Assembly (NCBI GenBank): GCA_963713545.1
Contig: CAVQME010000011.1
Location: 24,976 to 88,975 of the forward strand
Length of the DNA: 64,000 nucleotides
Origin: an uncultured Actinomycetes bacterium
Lineage (GTDB): Bacteria; Actinomycetota; Thermoleophilia; RBG-16-64-13
Direction of reading: 5' to 3'
Each line of letters starts with the position of its first letter. Position 1 is the first letter of the stretch. Shown here one piece after another: positions 45,647 to 55,164 of the stretch. The translations under genes were made by a program, and so were the position numbers. A model generated the notes under the pieces. It worked only from the letters and a program-made list of their open reading frames with translations, searched no databases and was not told the origin of the DNA.

Positions 45647-46375
45647 CTATGGTTCCTCTGGCTCCTCGATGGCCGCCTCCTCCGGTCCCAGATGTGCGGT
45701 GGGCTCTCCCGAACTGGACTCGTTCGACCCCGGTTCCGCTGCCGAGCCGGCCGCCCGGTGCCGGCGCCATCGCCAGAATCCCCAGACGATCAAGGCCACT
45801 ATCACCACGCCCAGCACGATGTAGAAGATGTGGTTGTAGCGGCTGAACTGCTCCTGCAGCTTCCCCCAGGGATCCTCGCCGGCCGCTTTGCCGGCCAGAT
45901 AGCCCAGATAGGCGAGAGCGGCGTTCCAGGGAATCGAGCCCAAAGCCGAATAGAGTAGGAACTTGCCGAACGGCATCCGAGCTATCCCCGCCGGTAGAGA
46001 GATGAACGTACGTACTCCCGGCATCATGCGGGTGAAGAAGACCGTCACCTCTCCGTGACGATCGAACCACCGCTCGGCCTTGTCCAGATGATGGGGAGAA
46101 ACGAGGACGTAGCGGCCGTAGCGCAGGAAGAGCGTCCGTCCGCCGTAGCGTCCCACCGCGTAGGCGATGCTCGAACCGATAAGGTTCGCGACCGTAGCCA
46201 CCGTGATCACGAGCCACAACTCGGTGAAGCCTTGAGCGGCCAGGAATCCCCCATAGGGAACGACGATCTCGCTGGGTATGGGGATGCAGGCACTCTCGGC
46301 CACCATCGTCAGAAACACGATGAGCAGACCGTAGTCCTCCAACAGGGGGATGAGCCAGTCCTGGAAGAAACTCAT
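45647..46375 (-). CDS. DedA/VTT-domain family membrane protein
   Basis: Motifs: LLIVFLTMVAESACIPIPSE, F.RMMPGVRTFISLPAG.ARMPF. A Glu/Pro-rich tail. Confidence 0.8.
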   Translation of the reverse strand: MSFFQDWLIPLLEDYGLLIVFLTMVAESACIPIPSEIVVPYGGFLAAQGFTELWLVITVATVANLIGSSIAYAVGRYGGRTLFLRYGRYVLVSPHHLDKAERWFDRHGEVTVFFTRMMPGVRTFISLPAGIARMPFGKFLLYSALGSIPWNAALAYLGYLAGKAAGEDPWGKLQEQFSRYNHIFYIVLGVVIVALIVWGFWRWRRHRAAGSAAEPGSNESSSGEPTAHLGPEEAAIEEPEEP

Positions 46376-46434
46376 GGCCGGCTATTCTACAGGACGTCGC
46401 GTCAGGTCTCCGTGAGGCGGCGTCACGAGCCCCT

Positions 46435-46773
46435 CTACTGTGGAGCTTCCAGCCAGCGCAGGGCGTGTTCGAAGCACTCCCGCAGCCTGTCCTCGATATC
46501 CTCGTAGTCCAGGTCTTTAGGCACGGCCTCGTAGCCCTTCCGGCGGTGCCGCAGATCCTGTTCCACCTGTCCGGCCAAGTTCGTGGTCTCGTCGTCCAGG
46601 CGGCGCATGAACTCGTCCGCACCCAACTGCTCCCGGAGGGTCGAAAGATAGCCGCGGCAGGTGGTGAACGCTTCGGTCGGGTCAGCGATCCCCGCCGAGT
46701 GCAGGTCAAGAAAATAGGCGGCGAACGTCCTTTTGAACGAAAGCCGCGCTTCTTGCAGAGAAGCCTGGGCCAT
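46435..46773 (-). CDS. hypothetical protein (112 aa)
   Basis: The ORF has a balanced amino-acid composition. No recognised motif. Confidence 0.35.
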   Translation of the reverse strand: MAQASLQEARLSFKRTFAAYFLDLHSAGIADPTEAFTTCRGYLSTLREQLGADEFMRRLDDETTNLAGQVEQDLRHRRKGYEAVPKDLDYEDIEDRLRECFEHALRWLEAPQ

Positions 46774-46803
46774 AGAGACCTCAGGAGGTGAGAGATCACC
46801 TCG

Positions 46804-47283
46804 TTACGGAGTATACGCGACCTCACGCCACGAGGGATGAGGGGGCGGACCGATGTGACGCGAGCGGTGGCCGGTGGGGAAGTAGACAAACGAGCCCGAC
46901 TCGTCATCGAACGCGACCTCGAGCTGCCCTTCGATCAGCCGCAGGTCGAGCCAGGCGCTCCGGAAGACCAACTCGCGGAGCCAATACACCAGACACTCCC
47001 CATGAAGGGTCAGCACTTCTTCGCCTCGCTGGAGAAGGTATTCACCCAGGGGGCTGACAGGGAATTCGATGCTTCCTGCGGCCACAAGTTGAACCAGGTC
47101 GGCACGTTCGTCCTGCCGCAGCGTACCGGGATCGATCAACCCCAGCTCCACAGCTGCCATCTCCACCCGTTGGGAGAAGTCCACGCTGTTGAACCCATAG
47201 CGAAAACTGCGGAACTCGAGGACGTAGTCCTCGCCGGATGAATAGTTGGGATGGGTATGCCGGTTCTCAGGCGCCATTGACAT
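46804..47283 (-). CDS. hypothetical protein (159 aa)
   Basis: The ORF has a balanced amino-acid composition. No recognised motif. Confidence 0.35.
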   Translation of the reverse strand: MSMAPENRHTHPNYSSGEDYVLEFRSFRYGFNSVDFSQRVEMAAVELGLIDPGTLRQDERADLVQLVAAGSIEFPVSPLGEYLLQRGEEVLTLHGECLVYWLRELVFRSAWLDLRLIEGQLEVAFDDESGSFVYFPTGHRSRHIGPPPHPSWREVAYTP

Positions 47284-47399
47284 CCCTCGGAACGTTCGCT
47301 CGGTCGCTGCATTCTTATTGTAGCAAGGAGAGAGGCCGCTGTGGCCGACGACCTACGTCCTGGCTTGTGCGACCAACAGCGACCATTCATAATGAGGCC

Positions 47400-48110
47400 A
47401 TGAGAGCACTGAAACGCTTGATCGCGCTAACGTTCGTCTCTGTGTTGGTTGCCGCCCTGCTCGCCGGAGTGCCCGCGTGTGACGGGAGTGGGGAGGACGT
47501 CGACCCCGACGCGGTGCTCAAGCAGGCCTCGGCCAACATGAAGGAGATCGCGGGCTTCCACTTCGTCTACGAGGTGCACCAGCCGGCGTCCTCGGAGCCC
47601 AGCTCCGGCCTCTACATCGCCCGTATCACCGGTGACGTCAACTCCGAGGGCAGCATGCAGAGCACCGTCGACGCGACCTTCGGCGGCATACCCGTATCCA
47701 TAGGGCTGGTGGCTATCGGCGAAACCTACTACTTCCAGGACCCCCTGTCCAAGCAATGGCGGACTCTTGCGGCGGCGGACAGCCCGGTGGGTGAGCTCAA
47801 CCTCCAAGCGGGAACGATCCAGATCCTCGAGCGCATCACCGACACATCCTATGAAGGTACGGAGAGCAAAGGCGGGGCGGAGACCTACCACATCAAGGGC
47901 ATGGTCGCGGCCGCAGAGGTAGAAGCGATCGCGGGCGCAGTCGAGACCACAGATACCTTCCCCACGGATATCTGGGTGGGGACCGAGGACTACCTGGTCT
48001 ACGAGGTCGACATCAAAGGAGCCGCGACCCCCAACGAGGATCCCGAGATCTGGCGGAGCATCGTCCTCTCCGATCTGGACGTATTCGTAGACATCCAACC
48101 GCCGCAATAG
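47400..48110 (+). CDS. putative LppX/LprG-like lipoprotein
   Basis: A signal peptide is followed by Cys (LLAGVPAC). The protein is about 235 aa and rich in beta-strands. It is immediately followed by an MFS pump, as in the actinobacterial lprG-p55 pair. Confidence 0.5.
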   Translation: MRALKRLIALTFVSVLVAALLAGVPACDGSGEDVDPDAVLKQASANMKEIAGFHFVYEVHQPASSEPSSGLYIARITGDVNSEGSMQSTVDATFGGIPVSIGLVAIGETYYFQDPLSKQWRTLAAADSPVGELNLQAGTIQILERITDTSYEGTESKGGAETYHIKGMVAAAEVEAIAGAVETTDTFPTDIWVGTEDYLVYEVDIKGAATPNEDPEIWRSIVLSDLDVFVDIQPPQ

Positions 48111-48112
48111 TC

Positions 48113-49729
48113 TTGGAAACGCAGGCGGCCACAATCGAGGCCGTGCCCGCCAGAACCCCCCGCGGGGCGATCTATGCCATGGTCGCTCTCTGCGTGGCCG
48201 TGTTCGTCGCTGCGCTCGACCAGACCATGGTGCTCACGGTCATGCCGGCCATGATGCGCTCGTTCTACATCGATCTGGCCCACATCAATGACGCCGGCTG
48301 GATCATCACCGGCTACCTCCTCGGCTACACGATAGCGATGCCGTTGTTCGGCCGTATGGCCGACGTCTACGGGCGGCGCCCTATGTGCATCGTGGCGCTG
48401 GGGCTGTTCATGGCAGGGAGCGTGTTCTGCGTGTTCCTTTCGCAGTTGGACCTGTTCGTCGCCTCCCGCGTAGTGCAGGCGATGGGAGGCGGCGCCCTGG
48501 TGCCCATCGCCATGGCCGCGGCCGCGGACATGTTCCCGATCGAACGGCGGGCGCTCATCCTGGGCATCATCGGCGGGGCGGCTGAGGCCGGCGGCGTGCT
48601 CGGCCCCATCTACGGGGCTTCCCTCTCCTTGCTTTGGGACTGGCGCTTGATCTTCCTCGTGAACATCCCCTTATGCCTGATACTCATGGCGGTGTGCTGG
48701 CGACTACTGCGGCCGGGAGCCATTCCCAGCCTAAGGGAAGACGGCGAGACCCCTGAACCAGAAGCCGTCGCGGGAAGCGGTAAGGTCCGCTGGTGGCAGC
48801 GAGGCCAGGTCGACTATTTCGGGGCCGCCCTCATGGCCCTCGCTCTCGCGGGAATCACCATCGGCCTGGGCACGGGCACCCAGACAGTGGGGGCCAGCAC
48901 GACCACCGCGACCCCCGTGCGATGGCCCTGGCTGGTGGTGAGCGCAGCGGCCTTCACCGGCTTCATCCTCTTCGAACGTCGCCACCAGAGACCTCTCATC
49001 CGCCTCGACTTCTTCAAGCGGCCCCCCTTCGCCGCAGCGAATATCGCTCATCTCCTCGTGGGGGCGGCTCTGATCATCGGGATGGTGGAGATCCCGCTTT
49101 ATGCATACACCCTCTTCGGCATGACCCAAATCGAAGGTGGCCTGCTCCTCATCCGCTTGACTCTCATGATCCCAGTAGGCGCGGTGATCGGAGGGTGGCT
49201 GGCAGACTACGTCGGCTACCGGGCCACGGCCGTGCTGGGGTTCCTCATCACCTGCGGGGGCTATCTGCTGGTCAGCCGTTGGCCGCTCGAGCCCACCGGG
49301 CTCACCATGACCAGAGACCTGATGATCAGCGGTTTGGGCTTCGGCCTGGTGGTGGGCCCCATCGGCGCCACCGCCATCTCGGCCGTCGGCAAGCGGTGGA
49401 TGGCGACTGGGTCGGCGCTGGTGACCGTGTCGCGGATGGTGGGCATGGTGGTAGGTCTCTCGGCCCTCAGCTCCTGGGCGGTGCGCAGGTTCAACACGCT
49501 GGTCGCCGACATCACTACCCCCATCATCAGGCCGCCCGGTCTGACCGACGCTGAGTGGCAGGCCATGAAGGACGCCGCCACGGCCGCCACGAAAGCAGCC
49601 GGCCACGCGGTCTTCAGTCAGTTCTTCCTTATAGCGGCCATCATCATCGGATTAGCGGTGATTCCGGCGATGTTCTTCTACAACAAGAAGGCCCGGGGAG
49701 AGTCGCGGCTGCCTTTCCTGCCCCACTGA
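48113..49729 (+). CDS. MFS transporter, DHA2-like (14 TM) drug:H+ antiporter family
   Basis: MFS motif A is GRMADVYGRRPM, and motif C is present. The protein has about 14 hydrophobic segments. Confidence 0.85.
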   Translation: METQAATIEAVPARTPRGAIYAMVALCVAVFVAALDQTMVLTVMPAMMRSFYIDLAHINDAGWIITGYLLGYTIAMPLFGRMADVYGRRPMCIVALGLFMAGSVFCVFLSQLDLFVASRVVQAMGGGALVPIAMAAAADMFPIERRALILGIIGGAAEAGGVLGPIYGASLSLLWDWRLIFLVNIPLCLILMAVCWRLLRPGAIPSLREDGETPEPEAVAGSGKVRWWQRGQVDYFGAALMALALAGITIGLGTGTQTVGASTTTATPVRWPWLVVSAAAFTGFILFERRHQRPLIRLDFFKRPPFAAANIAHLLVGAALIIGMVEIPLYAYTLFGMTQIEGGLLLIRLTLMIPVGAVIGGWLADYVGYRATAVLGFLITCGGYLLVSRWPLEPTGLTMTRDLMISGLGFGLVVGPIGATAISAVGKRWMATGSALVTVSRMVGMVVGLSALSSWAVRRFNTLVADITTPIIRPPGLTDAEWQAMKDAATAATKAAGHAVFSQFFLIAAIIIGLAVIPAMFFYNKKARGESRLPFLPH

Positions 49730-49796
49730 CCACGGCGCCGTCCCCGTCCGCGCGCTTGGCTAGAATTGGCATACTAGTGATCAGAAGCGAGGTGAC

Positions 49797-50834
49797 GTGA
49801 ACGAAGACCAACTCGACCTAGCAGCGCCGTTCGACCCGGATCGCCCCCCCGGGCCGGTGCGGACACCCGTCTGCGAGCTGTCCCCCGGCACCCTCGTCAC
49901 CGGTATCTACATGCTCGCCTCCAGAGAGACGCGTAACACGAAGGCCGGGAAGCCCTTTTTCAAGCTGAGGCTCAGCGACCGTACCGGCACCATCGACTGC
50001 ACGGTGTGGGAGGTCGACTCTATGGAGCCTGGCCTCGCTCCCGGAGATCTGGTGCACGTCGCGGCTCGGGTCACCGAGTACCTGGGCAAGCCGCAGTTGG
50101 AAGCCACTACCGTGTCGTGCGCGCCGGCGGGAGCGGCCAGGCCTCGGGATTTCTTGCCCTCCACGTACCGAAACGTCGAAGAACTAAAGGGCTTTCTGCA
50201 GTTTCACGTCGACTCTGTGAGCGATCGCGACTACAGCGCGCTTCTCGCCCGTTTTTTCGGTGACGCCGACTTCCTCGAGACCTTCGCCGCGGCGCCGGCG
50301 GCCAAGCTCTACCATCACGCCTACCTGGGCGGACTGCTGGAACACACCGTGGCCGTAGCCGACATGTGCGAGTTCGTAGCCCAGCAGTACGGCCGGGTCG
50401 ACCGCGATCTACTGCTCACCGCGGCGCTATTGCACGACGTGGGCAAGACGCAAGAGCTTTCGTATGATTCGGTCATCGATTTCACCGACGCGGGACGCTT
50501 TCTCGGGCACGTCATCCAGGGAGTCACCCTGGTGTCCGAGAAGGCCAGAGAGGTGCCGGAGTTCCCAGAGGCCAAGCTGCAGCACCTGCTGCACTGCGTC
50601 GTAAGTCATCACGGAGAGCTTGAATGGGGATCCCCGAAGCGTCCCAAGACCATCGAAGCCCTCATCCTCCATCACGTCGATAATCTCGACGCCAAGGTCA
50701 AGGGCTTCCTCGAGATAGTCGAAGGGTCGCGCGACGCGCCCTGGACGGACCTGCGCAACCTGTTCAGGCGGCCGCTACACGTGCCGAGGGCGACCCACCA
50801 GGAAGAAGACTTCCTGCCCCCAAGCGAAGAGTAG
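49797..50834 (+). CDS. YhaM-like 3'-5' exoribonuclease (OB-fold + HD domain)
   Basis: An N-terminal OB-fold (GKPFFKLRLSDRTGTIDCTVWE) is followed by an HD motif (HHAYLGGLLEHTVAVA ... LLHDVGK ... HHGELEWGSP). Confidence 0.7.
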   Translation: MNEDQLDLAAPFDPDRPPGPVRTPVCELSPGTLVTGIYMLASRETRNTKAGKPFFKLRLSDRTGTIDCTVWEVDSMEPGLAPGDLVHVAARVTEYLGKPQLEATTVSCAPAGAARPRDFLPSTYRNVEELKGFLQFHVDSVSDRDYSALLARFFGDADFLETFAAAPAAKLYHHAYLGGLLEHTVAVADMCEFVAQQYGRVDRDLLLTAALLHDVGKTQELSYDSVIDFTDAGRFLGHVIQGVTLVSEKAREVPEFPEAKLQHLLHCVVSHHGELEWGSPKRPKTIEALILHHVDNLDAKVKGFLEIVEGSRDAPWTDLRNLFRRPLHVPRATHQEEDFLPPSEE

Positions 50835-50851
50835 CTCGAAAAACTGAACCG

Positions 50852-51979
50852 TTAGGCCTCTTCCTCGCGCAAGGTCGAATCGATCGTCTCACCGATCTCC
50901 CCGGCAACGTCGGTAGGGGCCGGCAGCTTGACGCCGGCGTCCCCTGGGTCGCGCCCCAGCAGCGCCGATTCTCCGGTCATCATGGCGTCAAAAGCTTTGG
51001 CCTTGAGGCGGCTGCGCGTCTCCTCGATGCGGCCCCGCATCGCTTCGTAATCCACACCCAGTTCGTCCCCAGAGACCGGGGGATGCTCATCGGCCGCGGC
51101 CGATTCGGAAGGCTCCGTGTCTCCTACTGCCGGCGCGGCCGGTTCCTCTACTTCCACCCCCGCTTCACCCTCAGCTGAAGGCTCGACCGCCAGGGCCTCG
51201 CCGATCACCGGCTCGAATTCGGGAGAAGCGGCCTCTGCCGCAGCCACACCAGCCCCGACGATGAAGGGCTGCTCGAGCTCGCGCCGGATGCGGCGGCGCG
51301 TCTCCTCGATGCGGGCTTTGAGATCGTCCGCCGGCGTTGGGATGGGGGCGGCTTCGACCTCCACGTCCTCCACCTCCGGTTCCGCGGCCTCGATCTCTTC
51401 GACCTCGGGCTCCACCGGCAACTCGACCACCGCAGTGGGCTCGACGGCGATATCCTCCAACTCTTCGGTGGCCTCTTCGGCAGCCGCTTCGGCAGCTGCC
51501 TCGATGTCCGGTACCACTTCCAGCTCCGCCGTGGGCGCCTCGGCCCACACTGGTATGCTCTCGAAATCAAGGGGTTCGACCTCGATGGACGAGTAGGCGT
51601 CCAACTCGGCCGCCGCGGAGGTGGCTGCCTCTGCCAAGGCTCCTTCTTCCGCCATAGTGGTCGTCGATGGTTCCCAACCGGCCCCCGGCAGTGGCTCGTC
51701 GAGCACTTCCGGAGCGATGAACACTTCTGCTTCGGTGGCAAGAACGGCCGCAACGGCCTCGTACTCGGAGGCATCGACCGTCCACGGCTGAGCCTCTACG
51801 GCTTCGTCATCAAAGCACGGCCGTATGCCGATGTCCTGCAGGGAGTCCGACTCCGGGGACGAAGGAAACAAGTCCTCCCAGACCTTCCGCGCCGGCTTCT
51901 GGAAGAACAGAAACCCCAGGGCGACTCCCAGGGCGACTCCCAGTAGGGTTCCCCCAAGGAATCTTGTCGTGCTGCGCAT
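50852..51979 (-). CDS. membrane-anchored highly acidic low-complexity protein with internal IEETR(R/S)R motif repeat
   Basis: The TM helix GGTLLGVALGVALGFLFF comes first. About 300 aa of Glu/Ala/Pro/Val-rich sequence follows. ARIEETRRRIRRELEQ and GRIEETRSRLKAKAFD are duplicated. Confidence 0.45.
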   Translation of the reverse strand: MRSTTRFLGGTLLGVALGVALGFLFFQKPARKVWEDLFPSSPESDSLQDIGIRPCFDDEAVEAQPWTVDASEYEAVAAVLATEAEVFIAPEVLDEPLPGAGWEPSTTTMAEEGALAEAATSAAAELDAYSSIEVEPLDFESIPVWAEAPTAELEVVPDIEAAAEAAAEEATEELEDIAVEPTAVVELPVEPEVEEIEAAEPEVEDVEVEAAPIPTPADDLKARIEETRRRIRRELEQPFIVGAGVAAAEAASPEFEPVIGEALAVEPSAEGEAGVEVEEPAAPAVGDTEPSESAAADEHPPVSGDELGVDYEAMRGRIEETRSRLKAKAFDAMMTGESALLGRDPGDAGVKLPAPTDVAGEIGETIDSTLREEEA

Positions 51980-52114
51980 CGCGCTTCCCCTCCTTGGTAC
52001 CTGTCGATCTCCTTCGCCACTACTCGACCAGGTCAATTCTATCCTAGACACAACCCGCCGCCGTCGCCTGCTGCACTAGCGTCCCGGCTTCGGACCCGGG
52101 GTATGGTCTAGTAT

Positions 52115-52130
52115 CGGCCCGCGAGGGCCG
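52115..52130 (-). terminator. hairpin cggccc-GCGA-gggccg downstream of rarA
   Basis: A perfect 6-bp stem with a GNRA tetraloop lies 16-31 nt after the rarA stop. Confidence 0.4.
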
Positions 52131-52145
52131 AACCTTGACCCAGAC

Positions 52146-53579
52146 TCAGCCTTCCCGGCCCTGGGGACCACCCCGGCGCAAGGCCCTCACCCGTTCCAGG
52201 AACTCTCGGATACGCGCCTCTTGGCCGTTGCCGGTAGGGTGATAGAACTCCACGTCCTGAAGGTCCTCGGGCAGATATCGCTGGGCGCCGTAACCCCCAC
52301 TATCGTGGGGATACTCATATCCTACTCCATGGCCGAGGCTTTTGGCCCCGGAATATCCGGTGCTGCGCAAGAACACTGGGGGATACTGGGCTCCGTGCTC
52401 TTCCACCTCTCGCAGAGCGGCCTCGAGACCCGCGTAGGAAGCATTCGACTTGGGGGCGCAGCTGAGATACGTGACAGCCTGGGCGAGGTTGATGCGGCAC
52501 TCGGGCAGGCCTACGAACTCCACCGCCCGCGACACCGCTACGGCGACTTCCAAGGCCCGGGGATCGGCATTGCCCACGTCCTCGGAGGCGAAGACGACCA
52601 AGCGGCGAGCGATGAACTTCGGGTCCTCACCGCCGGTGAGCATGACCGCGAGGTAGTAGAGAGCGGCGTCTGGGTCGGACCCGCGAAGGCTCTTTATGAA
52701 GGCGGAGATCACATCGTAGTGGGCGTCCGCACCCTTGTCGTAGAGCACCAGCTTGCGCTGTGCGGCGGTTTGGACTACAGCCTCGTCCACTCGCTCCTTG
52801 CCCAGAGAACCGGCGAGAACTAGGGAGCGCTCCAAGAGGGTGAAGGCCCGGCGGGCGTCGCCCAGAGCCGACTCAGCTATGAGATCGAGCACGGGACCGT
52901 CCACAATCACGGCGTTGCCCGGGCGGACACCCGCTACCGGACCGGGCGCAGAGGGGCCCCCGACCGGGCCGGCCGTGACGCGCTCCGCACCTGACGACCT
53001 CGGCGTCACTGCGCCCGCGGGACCGGCCAAGGCCCGATCCAAGAGCGTTCGGATATCGGCGCTCTCCAGCGGTCGGAACTCGAAGAGCTCGCAGCGGGAG
53101 ATGAGGGCGGGGATGACCTCGAAATACGGGTTCTCTGTGGAGGCTCCGATAAGACTGACGATACCGTCTTCCACGGCGTGCAGCAACGCGTCCTGCTGCG
53201 CTTTGGAGAAGCGGTGGATCTCGTCGATGAAGAGGAGGGTCCGCCGACCACTCTGGGCGCGGCGATGCCGGGCCCGCTCGATGACCTTGCGCACTTCGGC
53301 GACCCCGGAACTGACCGCCGACAGTTCTTCGTAGACCGAGCCGATCCTTGTGGCTACCAAGCGGGCGACGGTGGTCTTGCCGGTCCCGGGGGGACCGAAG
53401 AAGATCATAGAGCCCACAGTGCCTGTCTCGATGGCCACGCGCAGCGAAGCGCCCCGTGCAAGCAGGTGAGGCTGGCCGACGACGTCGTCGAGACGCTGCG
53501 GCCGCATGCGCGCCGCCAGCGGCGCGTTCGCCGAGAGATCGGCCTCCAGTCCGGCGCTGAAAAGGTCTCCTTCCTCCAT
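52146..53579 (-). CDS. rarA: replication-associated recombination protein A (RarA/MgsA AAA+ ATPase)
   Basis: Walker A GPPGTGKTT, Walker B LLFIDEIHRF, and C-terminal MgsA helical/tetramerisation domains are present. A Pro/Gly-rich insertion is also present. Confidence 0.85.
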   Translation of the reverse strand: MEEGDLFSAGLEADLSANAPLAARMRPQRLDDVVGQPHLLARGASLRVAIETGTVGSMIFFGPPGTGKTTVARLVATRIGSVYEELSAVSSGVAEVRKVIERARHRRAQSGRRTLLFIDEIHRFSKAQQDALLHAVEDGIVSLIGASTENPYFEVIPALISRCELFEFRPLESADIRTLLDRALAGPAGAVTPRSSGAERVTAGPVGGPSAPGPVAGVRPGNAVIVDGPVLDLIAESALGDARRAFTLLERSLVLAGSLGKERVDEAVVQTAAQRKLVLYDKGADAHYDVISAFIKSLRGSDPDAALYYLAVMLTGGEDPKFIARRLVVFASEDVGNADPRALEVAVAVSRAVEFVGLPECRINLAQAVTYLSCAPKSNASYAGLEAALREVEEHGAQYPPVFLRSTGYSGAKSLGHGVGYEYPHDSGGYGAQRYLPEDLQDVEFYHPTGNGQEARIREFLERVRALRRGGPQGREG

Positions 53580-53637
53580 GCCCTGGATTCTAGCAGTCCC
53601 CATTGGCTAGAATGGCCACGAACCTTGCGAGTGAGAG

Positions 53638-54150
53638 GTGAGCTTGCCTCGACAAGTGCTGGTCCTGAACTCGACCTACGAGCCGGTGAACGTATGCTCC
53701 ACCAGGCGAGCGGTAGTGTTGCTGCTCAAGGAGAAGGCCGAGGTCATCGAGGAGGGCAAGGGCTTGATCCGGTCCGAGAGAGCCGCGCTCCTCACGCCGC
53801 TGGTCATCCGGCTACGCTCCTACGCACGGGTGCCCCAGGCAGACAACCGCAGGCTCTCACGAAGAGCCATCCTCGCCCGCGACGGCTTCCGCTGCCAGTA
53901 CTGCGGCAGCACGCGCCACCTGACCATCGACCACGTCGTCCCTCGGAGCCGGGGCGGTCCGACCTCGTGGGACAACGTGGTGACTTCGTGCGCTCCCTGC
54001 AACGTCCGCAAGGGGGCCTGCCTGCCCTCGGAAGTCGGCATGTCACCCTCGCGGAGGCCACGCCCGCCGCTGCCCGGTGATTTCGTGCTGGCTGCGAACC
54101 GTGCCGTTCCCGACGCCTGGCTGCCGTACCTGGAGTGGGCGGTGGCGTAG
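53638..54150 (+). CDS. HNH endonuclease (McrA-like)
   Basis: Motifs: CQYCGSTRHLTIDHVVPRSRGG...WDNVVTSCAPCN. Confidence 0.8.
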   Translation: MSLPRQVLVLNSTYEPVNVCSTRRAVVLLLKEKAEVIEEGKGLIRSERAALLTPLVIRLRSYARVPQADNRRLSRRAILARDGFRCQYCGSTRHLTIDHVVPRSRGGPTSWDNVVTSCAPCNVRKGACLPSEVGMSPSRRPRPPLPGDFVLAANRAVPDAWLPYLEWAVA

Positions 54151-54186
54151 TCGGCATGCGTCCGTCCCCGGCCCCGCGGTCCCGGC

Positions 54187-55164
54187 TTACTCGGAGACCT
54201 GGAAGCTTCCCATCCTCAGGTACTTCGCACGCCGCAGGCGGAGTCTCTCAGCCGGCTGCAGGCGCTCCAACTCGCCCAGGGCCAACTGCACCTCGCGCAT
54301 CACGCGCTTGGCCGTCACTCGGTGATCGAGGTGGGCGCCGCCGGTTGGTTCGGGAATCACCTGGTCGATCAGGCCGAGCGCCAACAGGTCGCGGGCGGTG
54401 AGCCGCAGAGCTTCGGCGGCCCGCGCTGCTTCCGCCGCGTCGCGCCATACGAGCGCGGCGCAGCCTTCCGGAGATATGACGGAATAGACCGAGTTCTCCA
54501 GCATCATCACTCGGTCGGCGACGGCCAGGGCCAGGGCCCCGCCGGAGCCCCCCTCTCCGATCACCACGGTCACCGTCGGAACGGCCAGATTGGCGAACGC
54601 CTCGATGCTCCTGGCGATGGCTCCAGCCTGTCCGCCTTCCTCCGCGTCCTTGCCGGGATATGCTCCACCGGTGTCTACGAGAGTCACGACCGGCAGCCCG
54701 AACTTCTCGGCCAGCCGGGCCAGGCGCATCGCCTTGCGGTAGCCCTCGGGCCTGGCCATGCCAAAGCTGCGCTCCTGTCGCTCCTGCAGACTGTGGCCTT
54801 TTTGATGGCCGATGAGCACGATGCGTCGCGAGCCCAACGTGCCCAGGCCACCCACCACGGCCCTGTCGTCGCCCCGTAGCCGGTCGCCCCTGAGCTCAAG
54901 GAAGTCCGGGATGCTCTGGGCCACGTAGTCCAAGGTCTGCGGACGATCCTGGTGCCGCGCGATCTGCACCGTGTTCCAGGCGACCTTCGAACCGTCTCGG
55001 TCCCTGAGCGCCTCCAGGCGCTCCTGGATCTTCTTGATCTCCTCTGAGTAGGTGGCTCTCTGCATGGCAGGCAGGTTGCGCAGCTCCTGCAACCGCTTCA
55101 ACAGGCTCGGCGCCTCGTCGGTCGAGGGGTTCGTCGCGTCGGACGGCGCGTTGGGCTCAGCCAC
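54187..55164 (-). CDS. accA: acetyl-CoA carboxylase carboxyltransferase alpha subunit
   Basis: Motifs: IARHQDRPQTLDY, GGAYPGKDAEEGGQ. The proposed GTG start overlaps the accD stop. The ORF-track start at 55203 is an alternative. Confidence 0.85.
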   Translation of the reverse strand: MAEPNAPSDATNPSTDEAPSLLKRLQELRNLPAMQRATYSEEIKKIQERLEALRDRDGSKVAWNTVQIARHQDRPQTLDYVAQSIPDFLELRGDRLRGDDRAVVGGLGTLGSRRIVLIGHQKGHSLQERQERSFGMARPEGYRKAMRLARLAEKFGLPVVTLVDTGGAYPGKDAEEGGQAGAIARSIEAFANLAVPTVTVVIGEGGSGGALALAVADRVMMLENSVYSVISPEGCAALVWRDAAEAARAAEALRLTARDLLALGLIDQVIPEPTGGAHLDHRVTAKRVMREVQLALGELERLQPAERLRLRRAKYLRMGSFQVSE

